Source of the DNA: a bacterium
Lineage (GTDB): Bacteria > Auribacterota > UBA3054 > JAPLST01
Assembly (NCBI GenBank): GCA_026417575.1
Contig: JAOACZ010000101.1
Span: forward strand, 48 to 64,047
DNA: 64,000 bases
Reading direction: 5' to 3'
Position 1 is the stretch's first letter, and each line of letters opens with the position of its first letter. Under the pieces are notes generated by a model. It was not told the origin of the DNA. It ran no database searches and worked only from the letters and a program-made list of their open reading frames with translations. A program made the translations under genes and the position numbers. Positions 37,683 through 47,520 of the stretch are shown here, one piece after another.

Positions 37683-40600
37683 ATGCAAGGGCACACTGAA
37701 ATAAGTGCGCAGTCCGCACGCCAAGAGTCCGCGCGAGGTCTCCTCGCGCCACGGCCGAGCCTTGCCACCGCGCTACTTGTGCTCTTCCTGACCCTGGTGC
37801 TTGCCCACTGCGGCAAGCGCGAAGAGGCGCCACCCAAGCCCGCCCCACCACCCCGCGCCGCCATCACAACTGCCTCCTCTCCCGCTGCGCACCTTCCCGT
37901 CGAGCCGCAGCCGCCCCCTGAGAGCTGCGCGCCCCCACCCCTCAAAATCCTCCGCGTTCGCGTGGTCGAAGCCAACCAAGCCCCTGCTGTCGGCGCGCAC
38001 GTCACCGTCGAGAGCTGGCGCGGCGTGAGCGGCTTCTGGCACAGCTCGACCGACCGCGGCGGCGTGGCCTACGTGAGCATCCCTGACAATGCGACGGCCT
38101 TGCGTGTCTCTGCCAGCCTGCCCGGTTATGCCCTTGTCTCCCTGCAAACCAATGTTGCTCCCGGCCCCGGGCGACTAGAGTGCCTCTTACGCGTGTGCGA
38201 ACGCGGCGTGGTGGTGGTCGCCATGCTCACCGGTCCACGCGCCGCGACCGTTTCTCAGTGTTTTGCGCGCATTGTGCCTGCCAAGCCCTCCGACTGGCAA
38301 CACGTCGGCGCTGCGGTAAGCACCAGTTGTGTCAGCGGGCGCATTGTCTTCCCCCCCATCAAAGCCGGGCTGGATGGCTTGCGCGTGGTGGTGGAGGCGC
38401 CCGGCTGCGCCCGCGCGGATTCGGCGCCGTTCCACACCCGCGCTGGCGATGTCACCGTGCAGGTAGCAGTGGTGGACGGCGTGGCCTTGCGCATACGTGC
38501 GCGTTACGCAGATGGCCGGCCTGTGCCGGCACTCTATCTGCGCGCTGAGCCGCGTACACGCGGCCGCGAGCTCCCTCACAGCGGTCGCTACGCTCAACCC
38601 TTCACACCCGATCACACGGGCGCATTCGGTCCGTTTTACCTCCTCCAAGATTTTTATCGCTTCACCCTTGATTGCGCAGATGCGCCAACGCTGGTCACGA
38701 ACCTCTGCCTCCAGGCAGACGAAGAAACACTCGATCTGATTTTCCCTCCCTTTTCCATTGTCACCTTGCGTGGTACGGTCTTGTATCAGGCTACACGCGC
38801 CCCGGCGCCTGGGGTGTGTGTGACGTGGCTAAACGAGCGTGGGCAAACCAATGTGTACACCAACGTAGAGGGCAACTTTACACTTGCCATTCCCACGCAA
38901 GCCGATGGCCTGCGGGGCGAGCTGCAGATCACACACCCTGGCTACGCCCCAATTGTCTGTCAGGGATATCAGCTGGACGAGCGCTCCCGCACCTTTTTAC
39001 TATACGCCACCGCCATCCTGCATGGCATAACACGCCGCGCGGACGGCACACCACTCAGCAGCGTCTTCGTTCACGCCAATGCCACACTCCCCCACAGCGG
39101 TCTCGGCAGCACGCGAAGCTATAGCCGCGGGTTAGACGAATTTCACGACTTGCTGCTCAATCTCGCCCCGGCACGCACCGTCAGTGATGAGCTCGGCCGT
39201 TACGTGCTCAGCAACCTCGCCGCACCTGCGACCTATCTCATTTCCGCTTATCACGATCGCCATGTCTTGCCCAGCCCCGTTCCTCAAGTGAATCTCTTGC
39301 CCGGGACACTGCACCAACATGACATTATCCTCTCACCTATGCCCGTCATCTATCTCCGTGCTGTCACCCGGGATGGCATGCCCGTTCCCCAGTTCGACGT
39401 GGAATTACGAATACAAGGCCCCCTCGCAAGTCGATTGACACGCCATCGTGCAGAACTCGCACCTCATGAGTGGTTTGAGCTCGCGTTCGACGCCCAGGGC
39501 GACACCACGGCCTCGCTCTCGCTTAGTGCGCGAACGGCGGCCGGCGCGCACGCAGAGACCAACCTCTCCTGGCGCAGCGATTCCCCTCCTCTTTACGTCC
39601 TCCTCACCCTTACGCCCGCCACTTCGCAACCACCCTCGCCGACAGGCGACTGCGTGCGCGGTTTTCTCTACTCCTATGAGCGCGAGCCGCTTGATGACGT
39701 CGCCATTGAAGCTCGGCTCATCGCCCCTGCCTCGTCTGCAGCGCCCCTTTATGCCTCCGCTACCACGGACCCGCTCGGCTATTTCGAGTTCACTTCGCTG
39801 CGCGTCGTCACTACCGCGCACATCCAGTTGTCGCTCACGCGTCACAAGCAGTACCTTACCACGAATCTGATCTATAGCGGCATTCCAATTGAATGGATTT
39901 TGCCTCGGCCGCAATTTTTACGTGGCCGTGTGTGCATTGAGAGCAGCGCTACCCCGGCGACATCTTTCTGGATTTGGATTCAAGGAGGTGCAGAACAACA
40001 TGTGCGTGATGCGCGCGATGGGCGTTTTGCGCTCCCCATGCCCTCATTTCGTGCCAAAGAGACCCTCGTACGCGCTCATGTTGAGGGCCTCGCACCTGCG
40101 GAAACCCTATGCGATACCACCGGCAGCGAGGACGTGGACGTCGGCGAGCTCATCATTCGGGGGACGCCCGCAAGCATCCTCGGCCGCGTAGTGAGCGAGC
40201 ACAACGAGCCACTCCGGGCCCTCGTGGCCTTGGGCGGCGCTGGTGTCATCGCGAAAAATTTGAACATCGTCCAAAGCAAAGAAGAAGACGGTACCTTCTC
40301 ATTCACCGAGGTCCCGCCTGGCACGTACCGCGTTGCGGTATGGAGCGTTGACGATACCAGCTTGCGGGAGGTGGCTAGCACCGAGATGTTCGAGCTCCGC
40401 GGCGGCGAAGAAAAAAGGCTCCCAGATTTGATCGTCTGGACAACCAACCTCCCACGCGTCACGTTGAGCTTGGTCATGCCAGACGGTACGCCGGCGGCCG
40501 GCTTCACCACGCCACTCACACCCGAACCTACAGACGATCGCGGTATGCTCGTGACGCGCGTGAAATGCGGCGCCTACGCGGGGCTGCGCGCCACGCGTGG

Positions 40601-41141
40601 ACGTGAACAATACTACATGGAGACGTTCACCGTCACGCCGGACACCCATGCTCTCACTGTCCGGCTCTTCCTCATGCCCGAGCTCGCCGGTACAGTCACG
40701 CTCGATGGCCAACCACTCAAGGAAGGAGCGTTACTGTGTGCTTCCGAAGGCGGCCAACAAGCCAGCTGCACCGTGCGCGATGGCCGCTTTAGCCTGCGCG
40801 CACCGCCGGGCCGCTACCTCGCCAGCTCCCAAGACGGTGCGGCCATTGTTACCTTGCGGGAAGGCGCCGACAATGTGATTCCTCTCACCCGCGGATCAGC
40901 GACCTTGCGTTTCATCACGCCACCAAATCAAACCTGGCCCCGCCAACTGCTTCGGCGCTTCGGCGGGCGTTACGTTCCGCTCAGCCACGTTGCTACTTCA
41001 GACACGCTCACCGGCCTGCACCCAGGTGAGTATCTCGTTCGTGCGTTTCGCATCTCTGGAGCGACACTGCTAACGAATGTCGAAGTGCGTGTGACTGTGA
41101 ATGCGGGCGCAACTCATACCATCACTCTCGGCGCGCCATAA
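37683..41141 (+). CDS. Large (1152 aa) probable lipoprotein built of tandem carboxypeptidase-regulatory-like / Ig-like beta-sandwich domains
   Basis: Start at an internal ATG 7 nt after an AAGGAG RBS. Signal-like LATALLVLFLTLVLAHC|GK, then a Pro-rich linker. Repeated G.V....G.P..GA.V......T...G.F.L..L..G.Y-type units (e.g. LRGTVLYQATRAPAPGVCVTW...TNVEGNFTLAIP; ILGRVVSEHNEPL...EEDGTFSFTEVPPGTYRVAVWS). Confidence 0.7.
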   Translation: MQGHTEISAQSARQESARGLLAPRPSLATALLVLFLTLVLAHCGKREEAPPKPAPPPRAAITTASSPAAHLPVEPQPPPESCAPPPLKILRVRVVEANQAPAVGAHVTVESWRGVSGFWHSSTDRGGVAYVSIPDNATALRVSASLPGYALVSLQTNVAPGPGRLECLLRVCERGVVVVAMLTGPRAATVSQCFARIVPAKPSDWQHVGAAVSTSCVSGRIVFPPIKAGLDGLRVVVEAPGCARADSAPFHTRAGDVTVQVAVVDGVALRIRARYADGRPVPALYLRAEPRTRGRELPHSGRYAQPFTPDHTGAFGPFYLLQDFYRFTLDCADAPTLVTNLCLQADEETLDLIFPPFSIVTLRGTVLYQATRAPAPGVCVTWLNERGQTNVYTNVEGNFTLAIPTQADGLRGELQITHPGYAPIVCQGYQLDERSRTFLLYATAILHGITRRADGTPLSSVFVHANATLPHSGLGSTRSYSRGLDEFHDLLLNLAPARTVSDELGRYVLSNLAAPATYLISAYHDRHVLPSPVPQVNLLPGTLHQHDIILSPMPVIYLRAVTRDGMPVPQFDVELRIQGPLASRLTRHRAELAPHEWFELAFDAQGDTTASLSLSARTAAGAHAETNLSWRSDSPPLYVLLTLTPATSQPPSPTGDCVRGFLYSYEREPLDDVAIEARLIAPASSAAPLYASATTDPLGYFEFTSLRVVTTAHIQLSLTRHKQYLTTNLIYSGIPIEWILPRPQFLRGRVCIESSATPATSFWIWIQGGAEQHVRDARDGRFALPMPSFRAKETLVRAHVEGLAPAETLCDTTGSEDVDVGELIIRGTPASILGRVVSEHNEPLRALVALGGAGVIAKNLNIVQSKEEDGTFSFTEVPPGTYRVAVWSVDDTSLREVASTEMFELRGGEEKRLPDLIVWTTNLPRVTLSLVMPDGTPAAGFTTPLTPEPTDDRGMLVTRVKCGAYAGLRATRGREQYYMETFTVTPDTHALTVRLFLMPELAGTVTLDGQPLKEGALLCASEGGQQASCTVRDGRFSLRAPPGRYLASSQDGAAIVTLREGADNVIPLTRGSATLRFITPPNQTWPRQLLRRFGGRYVPLSHVATSDTLTGLHPGEYLVRAFRISGATLLTNVEVRVTVNAGATHTITLGAP

Positions 41142-41410
41142 GTGCGCGTACCGCCGCGCCCGCACGAAGGCCACACCGCGCAAGTCGGGGTCAGGCCTAA
41201 AATTGTAACTTAACGGCTCACGGTCAAGAATCGTGTGTGAAAACGGGAGTTTGCCTCGCCCAGTTTCCAGGCCTTACTTTTTGCGTGAAAACCACGTGGG
41301 AGTCCGTCTCCATGGATTGTATGGCAGAAAACAGGCGGTTCCGACAAGACAAAAAGCGCTTTGTGGAAGCGTTGCCGGCCTCGGTGACCGAATCCTCAGC
41401 ATCCTACTGT

Positions 41411-41719
41411 ATGCAGGAGCGCCGGCCCCGGCGACCGCCTCTTCACGCGCACGCACCCCGCACCAATCCAACCGATTCAAACCGCTATTTGCAATCAACG
41501 AAAAATGTCGCTTGAACGCGCGGATCCGCGGCGTCAACCACACGCGAAATTTGCGGGCACGGAGGTCCGTGCCCCTCCAGAAGGCAGAATTAACGTGCAT
41601 TACCTGCGATTCCCATTTTGCGTTATCCGCAGCTGGCGCCAGTGCCCGCTACCTGTACCGTAGCGAACTTACTTGCCGCGCAGTGAATCGCCCGCACGGC
41701 ATCGCTTGCAATTGCAGAG
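41411..41719 (+). repeat. Mosaic intergenic repeat, copy B
   Basis: ATGCAGGAGCGCCGGCCCCGGCGACCGCC (41411-), TTGCAATCAACGAAAAATG (41489-41507), perfect hairpin GGGCACGG-aggt-CCGTGCCC (41555-41574). 3' boundary CTTACTTGCC...GCAATTGCAGAG is shared with copy C. Confidence 0.7.
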
Positions 41720-41820
41720 TTAACCCGCCATCTTTCCCGCATCACACACATGTGTGGACCTCCTGAGCCAGGAGAAAATTCCTTATGTCCATGTGTCGTT
41801 GTGCTGCCCTGGCGGGAGGG

Positions 41821-42879
41821 TTAGCGCTCGGCAGGTCCCGCAAGCACGCGCCGCGGCGAAGCAACCCCAGACGCGCGGCGCGAGCGACTCGCCGCAAGCT
41901 GCACAATTCGCGCCCCAAGCGCACCGTACGAGTAACCACGATACTCCGCGGCACATGCCAGGCTCGCGTCCGCGCTCAAATCAGGATTGGGATTGACGTC
42001 CAAAACGTAGAATGTGTCACCCTGCATCCGCACATCTATGCGCCCGTAATCACGGCATCCCACCGCGCGGTACGCCACCGCGCAGACCTGTCGCAGCCGC
42101 TCCAGCTCACCCTCGCTGAGCGGCGCAGGAACGATTGTTTGGATTTCGCGGTAGGCCTTGGAGGAAGGCATAAATTTGGCATCATAGCCACAAATACGCT
42201 CACGCACATCGTCGAGACGAGAAAAGTCCATTTCCACGGGCGGGAGAAGTTCCAATCGTCGGTTACCCAAAAACGCCACACGAAACTCGCGCCCTTCGAT
42301 GAACTCTTCCACTAACGCCGGTTGTGCGAAGGTGTCATGCACCCGCGCAACTTGCTCAGCAAGCTCCCGTGCATTGAACACGACCGATTGCGCACTCATA
42401 CCCAGGCTGCAGTGCTCGTAAGCCGGCTTGACAATCGCCGGAAACACTCGCCACCCGTTTAGCGCGCTACCGCGATCAGCAACAATGCCGCGCGGGGTCG
42501 GTACCTCACACGCAGCAAGTACTTGCTTCACGCGCGGCTTGTCCTGTGCGAGCGCAAGGACGGGCCCCGACGCACCGGTGTAGACGTAGCCTGCTGCTTC
42601 AAGCATGGCTGCTACGAGAGGTTCGCTGTGCGGAACCCCTGGCAGTTCTTCACACCAGTTGAAGACGATACACGCTGCGGGGTCACATGACTCCATCGCT
42701 GCCTCTAAATCGGCACTCATCACCGGCACGTATGTGACCTCATGGCCGGAGGCCTCCAACGCCGCGCCCAGGCGCACTGTTTCGCGCAATGCGTCGTCCA
42801 GGTCCTGCTGTGGCCAGTCCGGATCGAGGTTGTGCAGAAGCACAACCTTACGCGCTACGATGGACTGTTTCGTCGCCAT
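41821..42879 (-). CDS. ATP-grasp enzyme of the D-alanine--D-alanine ligase family (stand-alone)
   Basis: 352 aa. PAIVKPAYEHCSLGMS, VEEFIEGREFRVAFLGN, GRIDVRMQGDTFYVLDVNPNPDLS. Confidence 0.75.
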   Translation of the reverse strand: MATKQSIVARKVVLLHNLDPDWPQQDLDDALRETVRLGAALEASGHEVTYVPVMSADLEAAMESCDPAACIVFNWCEELPGVPHSEPLVAAMLEAAGYVYTGASGPVLALAQDKPRVKQVLAACEVPTPRGIVADRGSALNGWRVFPAIVKPAYEHCSLGMSAQSVVFNARELAEQVARVHDTFAQPALVEEFIEGREFRVAFLGNRRLELLPPVEMDFSRLDDVRERICGYDAKFMPSSKAYREIQTIVPAPLSEGELERLRQVCAVAYRAVGCRDYGRIDVRMQGDTFYVLDVNPNPDLSADASLACAAEYRGYSYGALGARIVQLAASRSRRASGVASPRRVLAGPAER

Positions 42880-43002
42880 GCGTTCGCCTCAGCTGCGCTC
42901 GTACATCCTCGATAAGCACAATGACACGATAGCACTGCTCATCCCTGTCCTTACTCCTCTGTTTGAAAGTGTAGCATTTTAGCGTGAAAAAATCAAGAGG
43001 TC

Positions 43003-43032
43003 TTGACAATTCAAATCAACAAAAGATAGACT
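43003..43032 (+). promoter_or_regulatory. sigma70-type promoter candidate (TTGACA-N18-TAGACT) with nested inverted repeats; candidate ArsR operator
   Basis: TTGACA 43003-43008, TAGACT 43027-43032. CAATTC/GAATTG and TCAAAT/ATTTGA inverted pairs span 43007-43056. Confidence 0.45.
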
Positions 43033-43063
43033 ATTATTTGACTATTCGCGAATTGAAAAACTT

Positions 43064-43435
43064 ATGCTTGGTTCCACCGTAACGATCGCGCGCGCGCTGG
43101 CTGATCCATTACGTCTCCGCCTCTTGGCGGTCTTACGCCGCCGCCAGCTCTGCGCGTCCCAGCTTGTGGTCTTTGCGGGCGAGCCACCTTCCACTGTCTC
43201 TGGCCACCTCGCCATCCTTCGCGCCGCAGGCCTCGTCAGCGCACGGCGTGAGGGGCGCTGGTTGTGGTACCGCCTGGCGGAAAATCCCTCCCGCGAGGCC
43301 GCGGCGGCGCTCCAGTGGGTCTTTCGCGCCCTGCGTGGAGACCCGCAGGTTCGCCGCGATCGCCAGCGCATTCGCCATGTGCAGCGCCGCCATCCTCAAC
43401 AGACTGCTCGTGTCTACTTACGGAGCTCTTTCTAA
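43064..43435 (+). CDS. ArsR/SmtB family transcriptional regulator
   Basis: 123 aa. ALADPLRLRLLAVLRRRQLCASQLVVFAGEPPSTVSGHLAILRAAGLVSARREGRWLWYRL (wHTH). Confidence 0.85.
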   Translation: MLGSTVTIARALADPLRLRLLAVLRRRQLCASQLVVFAGEPPSTVSGHLAILRAAGLVSARREGRWLWYRLAENPSREAAAALQWVFRALRGDPQVRRDRQRIRHVQRRHPQQTARVYLRSSF

Positions 43436-43447
43436 TTTGCCCTGCCT

Positions 43448-44464
43448 ATGCACCGCCACCACATCGAACGCTACCAGCACGCTCATGTCTTCCTTGCCCC
43501 CTCACGCGCCGCAGAACGTCGGACGCGTCTCGTCATGCTACTGACGCTCACCGCCATGCTAGCGGAGATCGGCGCAGGCCTCTGGTGCCATTCTTTGGCA
43601 CTTTTGGCCGACGGTTGGCACATGAGCACGCACGCCGCCGCCTTGGGATTGGCTGCGCTCGCGTACTATTTTGCTCGACGCTATGCACATGATCAGCGTT
43701 TCACCTTCGGCACCTGGAAAATGGAAGTGCTCGCAGGATATACCAGCGCTTGGCTGCTTGCCTTGGTAGGATTGGGCATTGTGTACGCAGCCGTGGAACG
43801 CCTTCTCCATCCCCGCCTGATCCAGTATCGCGAAGCCCTCTTAGTCGCGCTGCTCGGCTTGCTGGTCAATCTCGTCTGCGCGCTGATTTTGCGTGGCCGT
43901 GATGCCACCCCCGTCGCGCATGCGCACCCGCATGAGCACGCCTCCGCAAACACACCTCATGATCCTCATCCAGCACACGTACACGACCTCAACCTACGTG
44001 CGGCGTACTTGCACGTACTGGCAGACGCATTGACCTCCGTCTTGGCAATTGTAGCCCTTCTCGGTGGCCTCTGGCGCGATTGGCGTTGGCTCGATGCGCT
44101 GGCTGGGCTCCTCGGCGCAATCATGATCCTGCGCTGGGCTTGGCAGTTGCTCCGCGACACTGCGCTAATCTTGCTGGACGCAGCCGGTGCAGAGCCCTTA
44201 GCAACCCTGATTCGCACCGAACTCGAGCAGGATGGCGACACGCGCGTGACTGATCTGCACCTGTGGCGCGTCGGCGTCGGCCAATACGCATGCATTGTAG
44301 CGTTAATCGCTGCGCACCCAAAACCGCCTGATGCGTACCGCCAGCTTCTTGCCCATCATCGCGAACTCGCTCACCTTACAATTGAAATGCGCCGCTGTGA
44401 AGACGCCTGCGAACGGGGAGCACATGCTGGTCCTGCCTCACATCCCGTCTGCACCAGGCCTTGA
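43448..44464 (+). CDS. Cation diffusion facilitator (CDF) family divalent-metal efflux transporter
   Basis: 338 aa. HSLALLADGWHMSTHAAALG..., His-rich loop PVAHAHPHEHASANTPHDPHPAHVHD, AAYLHVLADALTSV. Confidence 0.85.
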   Translation: MHRHHIERYQHAHVFLAPSRAAERRTRLVMLLTLTAMLAEIGAGLWCHSLALLADGWHMSTHAAALGLAALAYYFARRYAHDQRFTFGTWKMEVLAGYTSAWLLALVGLGIVYAAVERLLHPRLIQYREALLVALLGLLVNLVCALILRGRDATPVAHAHPHEHASANTPHDPHPAHVHDLNLRAAYLHVLADALTSVLAIVALLGGLWRDWRWLDALAGLLGAIMILRWAWQLLRDTALILLDAAGAEPLATLIRTELEQDGDTRVTDLHLWRVGVGQYACIVALIAAHPKPPDAYRQLLAHHRELAHLTIEMRRCEDACERGAHAGPASHPVCTRP

Positions 44465-44608
44465 CAAGTGAACTTAACCCACGTACGAATTGTTTGGCCA
44501 GTCGAATGCCATCACTTCTGATGACTTGCAGGCCAAACGCGCATCCATGCGTGAAAACTCCCGACAGCAGATTGCGCCGTGCCCGTGCACTGTTTGCGGG
44601 AGCCCTAC

Positions 44609-45721
44609 CTATGCTTGCAAAGCGGTGAGCGTGGAACGCAGGAGACTTTCGTCGCACCCGTGTACGACCTTCACGCGCCCAATCGCCTCAGGTAGAATAA
44701 AGGTGAGCGAACCGCCACGCGCCTTCTTGTCGCGTGCAAACGCTGCCATCAGCTCATCCACATTCACGCGCGGCAGACGTGTAGGCAGGCCAGCTGCTTC
44801 AATCACCGCGCGTTGGCGTGCCACCAGCTCGGCAGAACACAGACCCAGTGCGTGTGCGTATGTCGCCGCGGCGTGCATTCCTATCGCAACCGCTTCGCCA
44901 TGTACATAGGTGCGGTAACGTGTCAACGTTTCGATGGCGTGTGCGAAGGTGTGACCATAGTTAAGAATCGCCCGCACACCGCTTTCACACTCGTCCGCAG
45001 CGACTACCCCCGCTTTAATCTCACAACAACGCCGAATGATCTCGCCAACCACCTCGGGCAGCGGCGCATGAGCGCTTATGGCAGCCATCACGGGAGCGGT
45101 CGTCTCTTCAAGCAACTCCCATAACGCTGCGTCGGCGATCATACCATACTTAATCACCTCTGCAAAGCCAGCGCGCATCTCACGCTCTGGAAGGCTGGCC
45201 AGCGTCTTCCAGTTGATGTACACAGCGCGTGGCTGATAAAACGCTCCAACAAGGTTCTTCCCAGAAACGAGATTCACTCCCGTTTTACCGCCAATGGCAC
45301 TATCCACTTGCGCAAGCAAAGTCGTGGGCAGGTGCACCAGTCCAATGCCTCGCATGTAGCTCGCGGCGGCGAATCCCGCCATGTCACCGACAACTCCACC
45401 GCCTAGGCCGAGAATGACACTGCTGCGATCGAGCCCGGCAGTTACGCAATCTTCCATCACACGCTCAAAAACCGACAGAGTCTTGTATTCCTCGCCGTCC
45501 GGCATGAGCACCGCCACGGGCGTACCGCCAGCTGCAACTATGGCTTCACTCACTGCTCCACCGTACAGCCCCCAGACGGTCGGATTGCTCACTACAGCAC
45601 AGCGGCGGCCCTCCACCAGTGGCGCGAGCACATTCGGCAGCTCCTCGAACGACGCAGCAACATGAATGTAGTAGCTGCGCGAACCCAAGTTCACCTGCAC
45701 AGGTGTTTCACAAGCCGTCAT
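44609..45721 (-). CDS. aroB: 3-dehydroquinate synthase
   Basis: Internal ATG (MTACETPVQVNLGSRSYYIHV...). GGGVVGDMAGFAAASYMRGIGLVHLPTTLLAQVDSAIGGKTGVN...NYGHTFAHAIE...HGEAVAIGM. Confidence 0.9.
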   Translation of the reverse strand: MTACETPVQVNLGSRSYYIHVAASFEELPNVLAPLVEGRRCAVVSNPTVWGLYGGAVSEAIVAAGGTPVAVLMPDGEEYKTLSVFERVMEDCVTAGLDRSSVILGLGGGVVGDMAGFAAASYMRGIGLVHLPTTLLAQVDSAIGGKTGVNLVSGKNLVGAFYQPRAVYINWKTLASLPEREMRAGFAEVIKYGMIADAALWELLEETTAPVMAAISAHAPLPEVVGEIIRRCCEIKAGVVAADECESGVRAILNYGHTFAHAIETLTRYRTYVHGEAVAIGMHAAATYAHALGLCSAELVARQRAVIEAAGLPTRLPRVNVDELMAAFARDKKARGGSLTFILPEAIGRVKVVHGCDESLLRSTLTALQA

Positions 45722-45768
45722 ATGCAGACCTTCCACACGGTTACCCGGCCAGCCCGACTCACATCGCG

Positions 45769-46167
45769 TCACCGCCCTTGAAGAACCACACCAGGCGAAT
45801 TCGTCCCGCTCGGGCCGCAATAGGCAATTTCTGCCAGCGCTGCGAAGCGTCGCTCGCTTATGCCCAGGATCGGGGCCACTTCCGCAAGGTCGCGAAACGG
45901 TTGGTGCACACGGCGCGCGATAATGCGTCGCGCAGCTGCCCGGCTCACCCCAGGAAGAGCATCAAGCTCATCAAGCGTTGCACTATTAATGTTAATCCGC
46001 ACCTCGCTAACGCGATCAAGATAGACCTCGTGAACCATGTTCGTTGTCGCGATCGTCATCAACGGAACAAAACGCGGACGTGCGTAATGATAGCGCACAA
46101 ACGCGCCAGCGCCAACAAGCGTAATCAGTATGCCAAGCACCACTGTCTCATAGCTGCGTCGTTGCAT
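45769..46167 (-). CDS. ComEA-like helix-hairpin-helix DNA-binding protein (membrane anchored)
   Basis: 132 aa. N-terminal TM segment, then ININSATLDELDALPGVSRAAARRIIARR...FRDLAEVAPILGISERRFAAL. Confidence 0.7.
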   Translation of the reverse strand: MQRRSYETVVLGILITLVGAGAFVRYHYARPRFVPLMTIATTNMVHEVYLDRVSEVRININSATLDELDALPGVSRAAARRIIARRVHQPFRDLAEVAPILGISERRFAALAEIAYCGPSGTNSPGVVLQGR

Positions 46168-46173
46168 GTGCTC

Positions 46174-47022
46174 TTAATCACGTCGAGGACGTAAGCCGCG
46201 TGCAACCGCATTGGAACTCACACCAATGACCGCCGGTTCAAATCCCGGCACGGTGTGCCATTCGGCCAGGACCACCTCCACCTTCGGGCGCAGAAACCCA
46301 AACGGTACGGTCGATTTCATGTACAATGGCGTACACGTCGTAGACTCAACCCACACTTCGATGTCACGATCAAGATTCAGCAGCCCCTTGAACACTTCAT
46401 GAGGCTTAAGATTCAACGGCGTAAAGCCCAAACGGCACGCATCGAACGTTCCCAGCCCCGCAATTGTCAATTGCCGCCGTGCTAGAACTGTCACACGGAT
46501 GTGAAAGACCCGTTCTGTTTCAATGAGCTTCACGTCGTGTGACCACCCCACAGTCGGTTGAAAGTACTTGCGCGCCTGAAACGCACACGAATAGACATCC
46601 CACACGTCGGGCGTTATCGGCACAACGCGCCGCACTGCATAGGAACCATCGCGCTCACGCCGCACATACGTCACCAGATTGCTCTGCCAATCGAAAATGA
46701 GGCGCCGCCCGCGCCGCTCACTCCCAAATTGTTCAATTTCGTGATACAAAGCCCGGTCCGTGGCGGGATCAAGATGCGACGCCAAACGCACGTCTGCAAC
46801 GTAGAACTTAAAATCACCAAGGCAGCGTCCTTCGCACACGACAGTGTTAGCTCCATGATAGGAGCCCGTCGTAAGCCCCATCCACACCGTGCCTATCGGA
46901 ATAAAACCGATGAACCACGCCTTGCACACCAGGCGTTCGCCTATCGGATACGAGATGCTCGGCGCGGCGCTAACGAGCGCGACGCTGCTAAGCGCAAGGA
47001 GAACAAAGCGCCACGTAGTCAT
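46174..47022 (-). CDS. DUF3108-like secreted protein
   Basis: Start chosen at M27 because it yields a signal peptide, MTTWRFVLLALSSVALVSAAPS. The beta-rich body resembles DUF3108 (recalled, unverified). The upstream ATG at 47100 is an alternative start. Confidence 0.55.
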   Translation of the reverse strand: MTTWRFVLLALSSVALVSAAPSISYPIGERLVCKAWFIGFIPIGTVWMGLTTGSYHGANTVVCEGRCLGDFKFYVADVRLASHLDPATDRALYHEIEQFGSERRGRRLIFDWQSNLVTYVRRERDGSYAVRRVVPITPDVWDVYSCAFQARKYFQPTVGWSHDVKLIETERVFHIRVTVLARRQLTIAGLGTFDACRLGFTPLNLKPHEVFKGLLNLDRDIEVWVESTTCTPLYMKSTVPFGFLRPKVEVVLAEWHTVPGFEPAVIGVSSNAVARGLRPRRD

Positions 47023-47112
47023 CTTCACAACATCCAGCGGGCAAAAGCAAAGCTCACCGTGGCAACCACGGTGAGCTTTGCACATGATCCTGTACGCCAT
47101 TGAGGAGGCCGC

Positions 47113-47259
47113 TTACCAGCGGCTGTACTCATCCCCGAACAAGGCGTATTCGTGCACATTGTCTACTGTGTCCTTGACGTGCTTGCCCGTGCTTGCGCAG
47201 CCAGTCACTAAGATCGTCACGATCCCGCATATCACCCAAATAATCCAGAAGGTCCGCAT
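47113..47259 (-). CDS. Small (48 aa) lipoprotein, below the ORF-track length cutoff
   Basis: Own translation: MRTFWIIWVICGIVTILVTG|CASTGKHVKDTVDNVHEYALFGDEYSRW. Lipobox LVTGC. GGAGGAG RBS 5 nt upstream. Stop lies 12 nt before the next ORF. Confidence 0.6.
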   Translation of the reverse strand: MRTFWIIWVICGIVTILVTGCASTGKHVKDTVDNVHEYALFGDEYSRW

Positions 47260-47520
47260 GTCTCCTCCCCATGGTTAACGTGGGTTCACGCTCAATCCAA
47301 AAATTGCAAGGTACATCAAGTTCTGTATTCTATCATTTCAACTGACCCTTGTCAAGCAACGCGAAGCCCAGCTTCACTACCACACGGGGCAGCGCAGCTG
47401 CCCTTTTTCCACGCCCACACATGGATCCTGCGCGGCGCACTCGCCGACACGGAGGTCAGCTCCCCCATCATAATGATCGTGCGCACCGCACGCTGATCGA
47501 ATTCCGCTCATCGCCACCTT

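Noticed and set aside
41411-41515. 34-codon ORFs at the same aligned position in repeat copies B (41411-41515, MQERRPRRPPLHAHAPRTNPTDSNRYLQSTKNVA) and C (47521-47625, MGGCRPRRPLSHTITSHTNPAATNCHLQSTKIAE). A possible conserved micropeptide.
   Set aside because: Copy A is frame-shifted relative to them by a 1-nt length difference and a module duplication. B and C differ mostly by non-synonymous changes (only about 3 synonymous differences), and there is no RBS. The similarity is better explained at the DNA/RNA level.
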